The notes beneath the pieces are model-generated. The model ran no database searches. It saw nothing but the letters and a program-made list of their open reading frames with translations, and had not been told where the DNA came from. This document shows, piece by piece, positions 1 through 6,517 of a DNA stretch of 10,303 nucleotides (position 1 is its first letter; each line of letters opens with the position of its first letter). The position numbers and the translations under genes are program-made. The stretch is from Candidatus Micrarchaeota archaeon (GTDB lineage: Archaea > Micrarchaeota > Micrarchaeia > Anstonellales > Anstonellaceae): positions 716 through 11,018 of the forward strand of contig DUFS01000077.1 in assembly GCA_013331805.1 (NCBI GenBank), given 5' to 3'.

Positions 1-158
1 GAGTCCTCGTCCACGTCGGGAACCGACTTTTCGGATACGCCCAGGCCCTTCTTGATGCGTTCCGCCTCCTCGCCCCAGACCCGCGCGATTTCCTCCACCT
101 TTATCCTGTACTTGGGCACGCAGGAGCCGTATCCGACAATCCCGACTGAGTGAAGCAT
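1..158 (-). CDS. Archaeal hydroxymethylglutaryl-CoA synthase, N-terminal 52 codons (gene runs off the window edge)
   Basis: Manual translation from ATG at 158-156 gives [52 protein letters not shown]. This matches the archaeal HMG-CoA synthase N-terminus pattern [24 protein letters not shown]...EKSVPxxDED. Not in the ORF track because it is truncated. Confidence 0.9.
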   Translation of the reverse strand, partial: MLHSVGIVGYGSCVPKYRIKVEEIARVWGEEAERIKKGLGVSEKSVPDVDED

Positions 159-173
159 GACAATCAACAAACC

Positions 174-221
174 CTATCCGTTCTCATTCCCCTTCGCTCC
201 TTTTCCGGCCGAGTGAAGCAT
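174..221 (-). other. 15-codon mini-ORF (MLHSAGKGAKGNENG*) beginning with a duplicate of the HMG-CoA synthase start
   Basis: ATG at 221-219 is preceded by SD-like AGGTG, and TAG is at 176-174. The 12-bp direct repeat gagtgaagcatg occurs at 148-159 and 211-222. The ORF is in frame with the HMGS ATG 63 nt downstream. Translation is not demonstrated. Confidence 0.4.
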
Positions 222-236
222 GCAAAAAGCACCTGG

Positions 237-920
237 CTAGATCTTGTTCAGAGCCTCCTTTATCTTCCCCAGGTCCATGTTGGTCGTTATCACTGGGATC
301 TGCTCGCGCTCGGCGATCTTTATTGCCAGCGGATCGACCTCCTTTATGCCGTGCAGCACCACCACCGAGGGCTTCATGGGAGTCACCCTTATGACCACCA
401 TGGGCGAGCGGCCTGTGGAAACCTGCGTGAAAAGGAATGCCCTCTCGCTCATGCTTCCGTAAAGCTTGGGGAACTGGTTGAAGGGCATCTCAAGGATTAT
501 TTTCAGGCTCTCCATGAGCGTGTAGCCATAGAGCTTTTTCACCTTCATGAGGTCCTCGTTTGCGACAACCGTGCCGCCCACCATTTTCTGAAAGTCCACT
601 GCCGAAATGGAAGTGGCGAACTCGTGGAGCTCGAAATACTGTTCGGTCTTTTCCACCCCCTGCTGCAGCTTGGAGAGAATGGGGTTGCCCCGCTCGTTGT
701 CAATGGTCACAAGAGCGTTCACGAACCTTTTTATCACGCCAGATCCTGGGGACTTTCTCCTGTTGCCCTCGTAGTCCGAAATGGTCGAGGGGGAGATCTT
801 GAGAACCCCGGCAAGCTCTGCCTGGGTGATTGCGAATATCTCCCGCCACTTTTTCATGGTGGAGCCTGGCGTAGAAGAAAGCGTGATTTCGCCTGCCATT
901 TCATGCTTGATTTTCTCCAT
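237..920 (-). CDS. XRE-family HTH transcriptional regulator with C-terminal DRTGG-like domain (COG1709-like)
   Basis: HTH segment MKKWREIFAITQAELAGVLKISPSTISDYEGNRRKSPG. C-terminal TGRSPMVVIRV..KPSVVVLHG...DPLAIKIAEREQIPVITT is typical of this archaeal family. ATG at 920 is preferred over the ORF-track GTG at 947, which lies too close to the TATA-like element at ~954-961. Confidence 0.85.
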   Translation of the reverse strand: MEKIKHEMAGEITLSSTPGSTMKKWREIFAITQAELAGVLKISPSTISDYEGNRRKSPGSGVIKRFVNALVTIDNERGNPILSKLQQGVEKTEQYFELHEFATSISAVDFQKMVGGTVVANEDLMKVKKLYGYTLMESLKIILEMPFNQFPKLYGSMSERAFLFTQVSTGRSPMVVIRVTPMKPSVVVLHGIKEVDPLAIKIAEREQIPVITTNMDLGKIKEALNKI

Positions 921-953
921 GGTAATGCCTTCGCAATTCTTACCCACCGAACA

Positions 954-961
954 CTTTTAAA
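954..961 (-). promoter_or_regulatory. Putative TATA box for the regulator/HMG-CoA synthase transcript
   Basis: TTTAAAAG-like element on the minus strand, ~35-40 nt upstream of ATG 920, in a divergent intergenic region. Confidence 0.45.
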
Positions 962-1012
962 GGCTATTGGAGCGCCGTATGCCTATTGGACAAAAGACGA
1001 ATTCTATGAATA

Positions 1013-1027
1013 GAAAACGTTTATATG
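1013..1027 (+). promoter_or_regulatory. Putative BRE + TATA box for dcd (leaderless or near-leaderless transcript)
   Basis: Purine-rich gaaaacg followed by TTTATATG (1020-1027), ending 22 nt before ATG 1050. No SD motif before the start. Confidence 0.6.
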
Positions 1028-1049
1028 ATTTGGCGCAGTTTCACATTGC

Positions 1050-1571
1050 ATGGTGCTTTCGGACAATGACATACGAAAGTGGATTGCTTCTGGCAAGCTC
1101 AGATTCGAGCCTGCCATATCCGACTCGCAGATAGGACCTGCTTCCGTGGACCTCACGCTTGACTCGCGCTTTTGGGTTTTCAAGAAACGCTTCATTGGGA
1201 AAAGGCCGGTCGACCTGTCCAAGGTGGACTTCACAAAAGCGACTGAGGAAAAGAAAGCTGCTTCAATTACGCTCCCCCGGGGCGGAATGTGCCTGGGGAT
1301 AACAAGGGAGAAAATTCTCATGCCTTCTGACCTCATTGGCACGCTGGAGGGAAGGAGCCGCTATGCCCGCATGGGATTGGCAGTGCATGTGACTTCGGCA
1401 CTGGTGCAGCCAGGCTCGGAAAACCACCAGGTGCTGGAAATAGTGAACTTCGCGCCCTTCCCAGTCACCATCCGCGAAGGCATGCGCATAAGCCAGATAG
1501 TCTTCGAAAGGCTGGACAGCCCCACAGGAAAGCCCTACAATAAATTCGGGGAGATTGCAAGAAGGCAGTAG
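1050..1571 (+). CDS. dcd: dCTP deaminase family protein (trimeric dUTPase-like fold), atypical QPGS motif
   Basis: Motifs LSDxDI, IGPASVDLTL, GRSRYARMGLAVHVT, PG...LEIVN, GMRISQIVFERL..P..KPY. Ser, Arg, His and Glu are in register with E. coli Dcd S111/R115/H121/E138. Confidence 0.85.
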   Translation: MVLSDNDIRKWIASGKLRFEPAISDSQIGPASVDLTLDSRFWVFKKRFIGKRPVDLSKVDFTKATEEKKAASITLPRGGMCLGITREKILMPSDLIGTLEGRSRYARMGLAVHVTSALVQPGSENHQVLEIVNFAPFPVTIREGMRISQIVFERLDSPTGKPYNKFGEIARRQ

Positions 1572-1605
1572 AACTTCCCACTCTGCGATTGGAGATTATG
1601 CGGCT

Positions 1606-1923
1606 TTACCCACTTTCCAACATCATCAATCTGTCGCAAAGCCTGCGATAGACTTCCTTTCTTTTTTCTTGGCTCAGCGTAAACAGCCTTTTTACGACAG
1701 CTTCCTCCGAAATAGTGAATATGTAGTTCAATTTGATGACACTTTCTTTAATTGCCCCTTCTGCCCGCGTCAGAGGGACACCTTTCATATTTGGGTTGCT
1801 GGTTATTCCTGCGACCACGGCATTTCCAAGCTCCTCGAAAAGGACCAGCGCTGGCCGCTGTTTCACTCCTGGCGTGTCAGCGAACTGTATTTTTGCCAGA
1901 ACAATTTCCCCGGCTTTAAACAT
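1606..1923 (-). CDS. Type II toxin, MazF/PemK family endoribonuclease
   Basis: MFKAGEIVLAKIQFAD...KQRPALVL...VVAGITS is the PemK/MazF pattern, with catalytic Arg and Thr retained. ATG 1923 overlaps the upstream gene's end by 8 nt and is preferred over 1944. Confidence 0.88.
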   Translation of the reverse strand: MFKAGEIVLAKIQFADTPGVKQRPALVLFEELGNAVVAGITSNPNMKGVPLTRAEGAIKESVIKLNYIFTISEEAVVKRLFTLSQEKRKEVYRRLCDRLMMLESG

Positions 1924-2140
1924 GTTCCCATGCCTCGTCAGCATCGTTGTCCCAGAGCTCCTTCATCTTCTTTTTCTGGATGTTGTGAAGGTATTCGTCA
2001 TATTGGTCCATTTTGCTGCCCTTTCTTCCTTTGACGAGGCTGGAGATGACTTCATTGTAGCTTTGCCTAGGATGCTGCTTCATCCTCCCCAAGAGGGATA
2101 GCAACCGCCTCTCGACCTGTATTGTAGTGAAATCGCCCAT
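1916..2140 (-). CDS. Cognate antitoxin: ribbon-helix-helix-like N-terminus, acidic WDNxxDEAW C-terminus
   Basis: 74 aa gene directly upstream of and overlapping the toxin. TTIQV..L...L..MK.HPRQSYNEVI..L is RHH-like, and the tail is KELWDNDADEAWEHV. SD AGGTGG precedes ATG 2140. Confidence 0.8.
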   Translation of the reverse strand: MGDFTTIQVERRLLSLLGRMKQHPRQSYNEVISSLVKGRKGSKMDQYDEYLHNIQKKKMKELWDNDADEAWEHV

Positions 2141-2180
2141 TATAGCCACCTATAGCTTGTTATAGTAAAATATAATAAAG
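2141..2180 (-). promoter_or_regulatory. TA promoter/operator with four 10-bp-phased TATA(G/A) boxes
   Basis: The plus strand reads tatagccacc tatagcttgt tatagtaaaa tataataaag, with units starting at 2141, 2151, 2161 and 2171. Confidence 0.6.
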
Positions 2181-2191
2181 CTTTCTCTTTT

Positions 2192-3973
2192 CTAAATCAG
2201 CCTTCTGTCGGTTATCGCAAGTATTTCCCCGAGCGCGGCCTTCCCGTCCTCCCCCAATCCGTCAGCGCAGCAGGAGAGGAGCTCATCCGACTCCTTCCTT
2301 GTTATGTGAGTGAAAAGGAAATCGCCTTCTGAAAAGGACTTTCCGCACACCGCGCCTTCCACTGAAATCGCAAGCTGATCGCCCCTGTTCGCCTCGCTTA
2401 TTCCCTTTCCCTCTTTTTGTATTTCGCGCACCTCGCCGATTATTTCGCCCTTGGCGCTTATCAGCCGCACGCCCTTCCTCAGCTTGCCCAGGATTATCTC
2501 TACCCCGAATATTGCGGGCTTGCTTGCCCTGAAGGTGTGCCCTGGAAGCGCAAGTATTTTTGCAGGAAGGGGGAGCCTCTCTGCAGCCGACTCCGAGCTT
2601 TTTTTCTTCTGCTCAATAACCCAGGCCGCATAGTCGTCGCAAAGCGAGTAGATTACTTTCGAGCTGAATATCTTCACCCCTGACCTTGCAGCCTCCTCGG
2701 CAGCGTCATCCGCCACTGCCACGTTGAAGGAGAGCACCACGCCCTTGAGAGGCTCGGACTGCGCGACCACAGAGGCGTCCACAACGTCCTTTTTTCCAAC
2801 AGGCCCGATGCTCGCCCGCTTGATGTCCACTTCCTGGGAGGCAAGGAGCTTTTGGAGCGCCTCAAGCGAACCCAGCGTGTCCGCCTTGACTATAACGCCG
2901 TTTTTCTCGGACTCGAAGATGATTTTCCGGATTATGTCCTGCATTTCCGCAAGCTCGTCTGTGTTGGGGTTGCCGTCCTCAACCAGGAGCGGCGAGCCTG
3001 AAAGCGCGCCCTCCAGGCCGGGCGCGTATATCTTCACTCCGGACGCAGCGTGCACTTCGTCCACATACTCGTACTTGTCGCCCTCGCTGCTCCCCATGGG
3101 CCTGGGCTTGAGAAGGCCCCGCACCCTCACCTTTGCCGACCCGTTCATTGTCCCGAAAATTATCTCGTCGTTCTTGCGGAGCACTCCGTCGTAAATTATG
3201 ACATCGATAGTGGTCCCGAGCCCCTTTTCCTCCTTTACTTCAAGCACGCTGCCCCTGCCTGCAGACGCCTCTTCGGTTTTCAGCTCCTTTTCCAGGAATT
3301 TCTGGGAAAGCCCTGCAATGGAAAGGAGCAGCTCGGGCAGCCCCTCGCCAGTCTTTGCCGAAACAGGGATTATGGCGATCTGCTTGGTGAAGTCAGTCAC
3401 CCTGTCGAACCTTTCGGACTCCAGCCCCAGCTCGTGCATCTTGCCCACCAGGTTGTACAGCAACTCGTCCAGCCTGGACTGCACCTCTGGCTTTTGCGCA
3501 TCCACGCTGGAAATTATGCCGCACTGCCCCTCCGAGCCTGCTGGCGGGCTTTTCCAGCCCTGTACAAGATCCATCTTGTTTGCGGCAAGCACAAAGGGCG
3601 TCTTGAACTCGCGGAGAATGCGGATGGACTCCAGCGTCTGGGGCTGGAAGCCCTGGGCAATGTCCACCACCAAAACCGCAATGTCCGCAATGCTTCCTCC
3701 CCGCTCGCGAAGATGCGTGAAGCTCTCGTGCCCCGGCGTGTCGATGAAAAGAAGCCCTGGAATCGTGAAGGATAACTTGCTTCTTGCCAGCACCATGGAG
3801 CAGGTCTCCTTAATGGAATCCAGCGAGACTTCAGACGCGCCGATGTGCTGCGTGATTGCGCCTGCCTCCTTTTTCGCAACAGATGTGCTTCGTATGGAAT
3901 CCAATAAACTGGTCTTCCCGTGGTCAACGTGTCCGAGCAATACGACAATCGGCTGTCTAATTTTTTTCTCCAT
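2192..3973 (-). CDS. infB: Translation initiation factor IF-2 (aIF5B)
   Basis: RQPIVVLLGHVDHGKT (G1), EAGAITQHIGA (G2), IDTPGHE (G3), NKMD (G4), SAKTGEG (G5) and VIVKADTLGSLEAL. 593 aa, the size of intein-free archaeal aIF5B. Confidence 0.97.
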   Translation of the reverse strand: MEKKIRQPIVVLLGHVDHGKTSLLDSIRSTSVAKKEAGAITQHIGASEVSLDSIKETCSMVLARSKLSFTIPGLLFIDTPGHESFTHLRERGGSIADIAVLVVDIAQGFQPQTLESIRILREFKTPFVLAANKMDLVQGWKSPPAGSEGQCGIISSVDAQKPEVQSRLDELLYNLVGKMHELGLESERFDRVTDFTKQIAIIPVSAKTGEGLPELLLSIAGLSQKFLEKELKTEEASAGRGSVLEVKEEKGLGTTIDVIIYDGVLRKNDEIIFGTMNGSAKVRVRGLLKPRPMGSSEGDKYEYVDEVHAASGVKIYAPGLEGALSGSPLLVEDGNPNTDELAEMQDIIRKIIFESEKNGVIVKADTLGSLEALQKLLASQEVDIKRASIGPVGKKDVVDASVVAQSEPLKGVVLSFNVAVADDAAEEAARSGVKIFSSKVIYSLCDDYAAWVIEQKKKSSESAAERLPLPAKILALPGHTFRASKPAIFGVEIILGKLRKGVRLISAKGEIIGEVREIQKEGKGISEANRGDQLAISVEGAVCGKSFSEGDFLFTHITRKESDELLSCCADGLGEDGKAALGEILAITDRRLI

Positions 3974-5344
3974 TCACTCAACCATTTGCTGTTTTATCTG
4001 TTCATATTCTTCAAGTTTCCGAACCCCTTTATCTGTTAGGGCATAAATAAATGCATTGCTCCTCTTTCTTTTCTTTAGATATCCACCCGTCCTCAATTTT
4101 TGTAAAAAGGCCCGACTGCCGATTACCGATATGCCTAGAACGTCTGCAATTTGCTGCGACGTCAAATTTCCACCCTTAACTACTGCCAAATACTCGGCAG
4201 GACGGGTATTCCTCATTCCAAAAAATAATTTTAGTAATTTTTCTTTTCTTTTTGCATGCGTGATTGCATTGCTGGCCAGTAATTTTTTATAGTTCTCATG
4301 TCCAAATATATTGACGTTCCAAAAACCCTTTATGCCTGGGATAAACCGTTCCCTCCCACATTCGACGCCGATTTTTTTGCAAATCTTCCTGAAGAAAATT
4401 GCATTTTCTTGGTTTTCAGTTGTATATGATATGTTCGCTACACTTCCACCACGTTTAGAGACGCAGATATCCCCCCTCGAAAGACCTCTAAAAAAGCTGA
4501 GCGCGTGATGTTTATTACTTGTTGCCAACCGTTTTGCAATTTTTAATAACTCGTAGAAGAGTTCGCCAATAGCGACCCCGTTTATCGTCAATAAGCAGAT
4601 TCCTTTTTCGGACTTAACGCTGTTATTTTCATAGAAGTTGATCTTATCTTCTGAAAAATCATGCGATGACCAAAACTCCTTAAGAAGTTCCTGATTCTGT
4701 GTTTCATTATGTAGGATTTTCACACTAAAGTCCTTTTTTGAAAAACCAAATCGTTTCAATGACTCGGCAAACCACAAAATTTGTTCCGGATCCCCGTTGC
4801 TAAAGATCATTGAGTCGAGATTCTTCCCATGTTTTCTAGATTTTTTACCTTCACAGTGAAACGCACCCATCAGCTCAAAGAAATCAAAATTTGGTTGAGG
4901 TTTGATGGGGATGAATCTGTTGAGGATAAACCCTTTCGAACCACGACTATACACCCAGATGTAAACCTTTTCACCTAGATCAAACACGTAAAATGGTTGG
5001 CCTTGTTTCGTCCGATTCTTAATATTCGTGAGCAAATCGATTTGTTGTTTAGGTGACGAAATCTTTCTTACCCTTTTCGCGACCTTAATAAGTTCAAAGT
5101 CGGATTTTTTCTTATTAATTACATCGCCAATGCTCCGCGGAATTGTAAATGCATAAGTAAAGCTGCTCCTTGCTTTGTGCTTATGAAAAACGGTAGGAAA
5201 AAGGGTATTCTTGAACTTAAGGAGAAGAGCGTCGTCTTCTTCAAATCCGAATTCCTTGGCAGCTTCACGATGCACAAAACATTTGTAAGAATAGGACTTG
5301 GCTGGGCCCTTCCCCATCTTAAGTAAACTGCCGGATATCTTCAT
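3974..5344 (-). CDS. Free-standing double-motif LAGLIDADG homing endonuclease-like protein with C-terminal winged HTH and possible AbrB-like N-terminus
   Basis: Motif 1 LMGAFHCEG (4873-4847) is followed by MIFSNGDPEQILWF. Motif 2 FRGLSRGDI (4492-4466) is followed by ISYTTENQENAIFFRKICKKIGV. The wHTH is LTSQQIADVLGISVIGSRAFLQKLRTGGYL...IYALTDKG. Three hand-counted 60-nt lines gave 35-37% GC versus 62-63% in two lines of mid-infB. Confidence 0.72.
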   Translation of the reverse strand: MKISGSLLKMGKGPAKSYSYKCFVHREAAKEFGFEEDDALLLKFKNTLFPTVFHKHKARSSFTYAFTIPRSIGDVINKKKSDFELIKVAKRVRKISSPKQQIDLLTNIKNRTKQGQPFYVFDLGEKVYIWVYSRGSKGFILNRFIPIKPQPNFDFFELMGAFHCEGKKSRKHGKNLDSMIFSNGDPEQILWFAESLKRFGFSKKDFSVKILHNETQNQELLKEFWSSHDFSEDKINFYENNSVKSEKGICLLTINGVAIGELFYELLKIAKRLATSNKHHALSFFRGLSRGDICVSKRGGSVANISYTTENQENAIFFRKICKKIGVECGRERFIPGIKGFWNVNIFGHENYKKLLASNAITHAKRKEKLLKLFFGMRNTRPAEYLAVVKGGNLTSQQIADVLGISVIGSRAFLQKLRTGGYLKKRKRSNAFIYALTDKGVRKLEEYEQIKQQMVE

Positions 5345-5364
5345 AATTATATTTTACCATAATC

Positions 5365-5372
5365 ATTTATAA
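5365..5372 (-). promoter_or_regulatory. Putative TATA box of the LAGLIDADG-wHTH gene (leaderless)
   Basis: TTATAAAT on the minus strand, 21-28 nt upstream of ATG 5344, preceded by purine-rich gaaagatagcg. Confidence 0.6.
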
Positions 5373-5420
5373 CGCTATCTTTCACTATATCTTTACCCCA
5401 TAAAAATACTGTCTTTTACT

Positions 5421-5912
5421 TTACCTGTTCTCCCCTTTGTACTTTCCCTCGTAGCCTTTTTCCGCCTTTGCCTCCATCCTGACGAACACCAGCTGCATGA
5501 CCTTTGCGTTCTTGTGAAGCACTATGCCTTTCGGATTGTGCACCAGGAGAAGCGACTCGCTCCTTCCGTGGTAGCCAGGGTCCCAGACCGCGCACCTCAC
5601 ATCAGCCCCGCAGCGCAGGAGAGAGGAGCGCGGGAAGCCGAATGCAGCCGCATAGAGCGGGATTTCCACGTACTCGTTGTAGATTATCTTGTAGCAGCCA
5701 GGGGGAAGGCGGATTTTTCCCTCGGCATCAAATCCCATTGCGCTTGCCTTGCTGATTCTCCGCCTGGAGTTGTCAAAGTCGATTTCCCCTTCCTCTTCCA
5801 ATCTCTGCACTTCCTTGAGCGTAAGGTCTATGCCCGCAGGCTGCACCTGGCTTGCGTTGACAATGTCCGCCACGCACTTTGCCTGCAACACAATGGATCC
5901 CGGAATGACCAT
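5421..5912 (-). CDS. dut: Archaeal-type dUTPase (deoxyuridine 5'-triphosphate nucleotidohydrolase)
   Basis: Motifs QVQPAGIDLTL, IDFDN, FPRSSLLRCG, AVWDPGYHGRSESLLLVHN, QLVF and GYEGKYKGEN. SD GGGAGG lies upstream. Confidence 0.9.
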   Translation of the reverse strand: MVIPGSIVLQAKCVADIVNASQVQPAGIDLTLKEVQRLEEEGEIDFDNSRRRISKASAMGFDAEGKIRLPPGCYKIIYNEYVEIPLYAAAFGFPRSSLLRCGADVRCAVWDPGYHGRSESLLLVHNPKGIVLHKNAKVMQLVFVRMEAKAEKGYEGKYKGENR

Positions 5913-5948
5913 CAGATTTCCCTCCCGAAAAATTCTCCTGAAAGAGTA

Positions 5949-6512
5949 TTAAAAGCCTGCACCCGAAACCAGCCGGAAAGCCACCACGCACACCACCGCG
6001 ATAATCAGATTGTCGTCAATGTGGGATTCGAACGATTCGGCGATTGCCGCGAGAGCTGCCACAATCAGGGCGGGCCAGCCGGCAAAATACAGGGCTGGCA
6101 GGCAGAAAAGGAAGAATGCTGCCGTGCCCCCGTATGTCTTGTTCCTGCTCCAGGGAAGCCTTCTCTTGCTGCGCGTTCCGACCAGGGTGCTTCCAGCATC
6201 CCCGAATCCCAGGATGCAAAGCGAAGCCAGGATTTGGCCCGGATTGGAAAGAAGCGTGAGGCAGGCGAGAGTTCCTGCTGCAAGAGTCATGGCTCCGTAG
6301 CCCGGGGTCACGCCAGGCCGCTCGAAGCGCTCCAGGGGCTTTTCCAGCGCGCCCAAGCGCATGCGGGAAATCTTCATGTGCACCAGAATCACTCCTAGAA
6401 TCAGTATGGCGCTGATTGCGTAGGAGGCAAGCTGCACGCCCAGGAACAACACCAGGAGTATGGCGCAAAGCCCGAGGAAAATGTGGAACAGCTGCCTTTC
6501 GTCCTCGTTCAT
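5949..6512 (-). CDS. Dolichol/phytol kinase family membrane protein (CTP-dependent polyprenol kinase, COG0170-like)
   Basis: ERQLFHI, GFGDAGSTLVG, LPWSRNKTYGGTAAF and AES...IDDNL motifs, plus several hydrophobic helices. SD AGGTGA before ATG 6512 favours it over GTG 6521. Confidence 0.85.
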   Translation of the reverse strand: MNEDERQLFHIFLGLCAILLVLFLGVQLASYAISAILILGVILVHMKISRMRLGALEKPLERFERPGVTPGYGAMTLAAGTLACLTLLSNPGQILASLCILGFGDAGSTLVGTRSKRRLPWSRNKTYGGTAAFFLFCLPALYFAGWPALIVAALAAIAESFESHIDDNLIIAVVCVVAFRLVSGAGF

Positions 6513-6517
6513 TTTTT

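Larger units (their letters stand above)
3974..5420 (-). mobile_element. Low-GC insert (endonuclease-like gene plus its own promoter) between dUTPase and infB
   Basis: GC drops abruptly at the dUTPase stop (5421) and stays low to the infB start. The insert encodes a LAGLIDADG-like protein. No transposase, terminal repeats or target duplication were seen. Confidence 0.55.

Noticed and set aside
174..176. Pyrrolysine or stop-codon reassignment at the in-frame TAG before HMG-CoA synthase
   Set aside because: TAG is the normal stop of several genes here (regulator, dcd, infB, HEAT protein), and the downstream ATG already gives a complete HMGS N-terminus.
150..1013. 287-aa plus-strand ORF
   Set aside because: Antisense shadow of the HTH regulator. 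His/Leu-rich composition is typical of reverse-frame translation, and it has no motifs.
1572..1605. Terminator hairpin or att site between convergent dcd and toxin genes
   Set aside because: No convincing stem-loop, and only a 7-nt ggagatt repeat, too short to support.
2417..4046. Several plus-strand ORFs (88-282 aa) and alternate-frame minus ORFs over infB
   Set aside because: They overlap a clearly identified essential gene and have no recognisable motifs.
2192..5344. Intein in infB, or a fusion of the LAGLIDADG ORF with infB
   Set aside because: infB is continuous through GHVDHGKT. The LAGLIDADG ORF has no N-terminal Cys/Ser block or terminal HN, and it ends in TGA before the infB ATG. 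The two ORFs are in frame, but nothing supports readthrough.
1050..5912. dcd and dut as recent duplicates, or as an anti-phage dCTP-depletion system
   Set aside because: They are divergent members of distinct housekeeping subfamilies. Defence dCTP deaminases use a different zinc-dependent fold with a kinase-like domain, which is not seen here.
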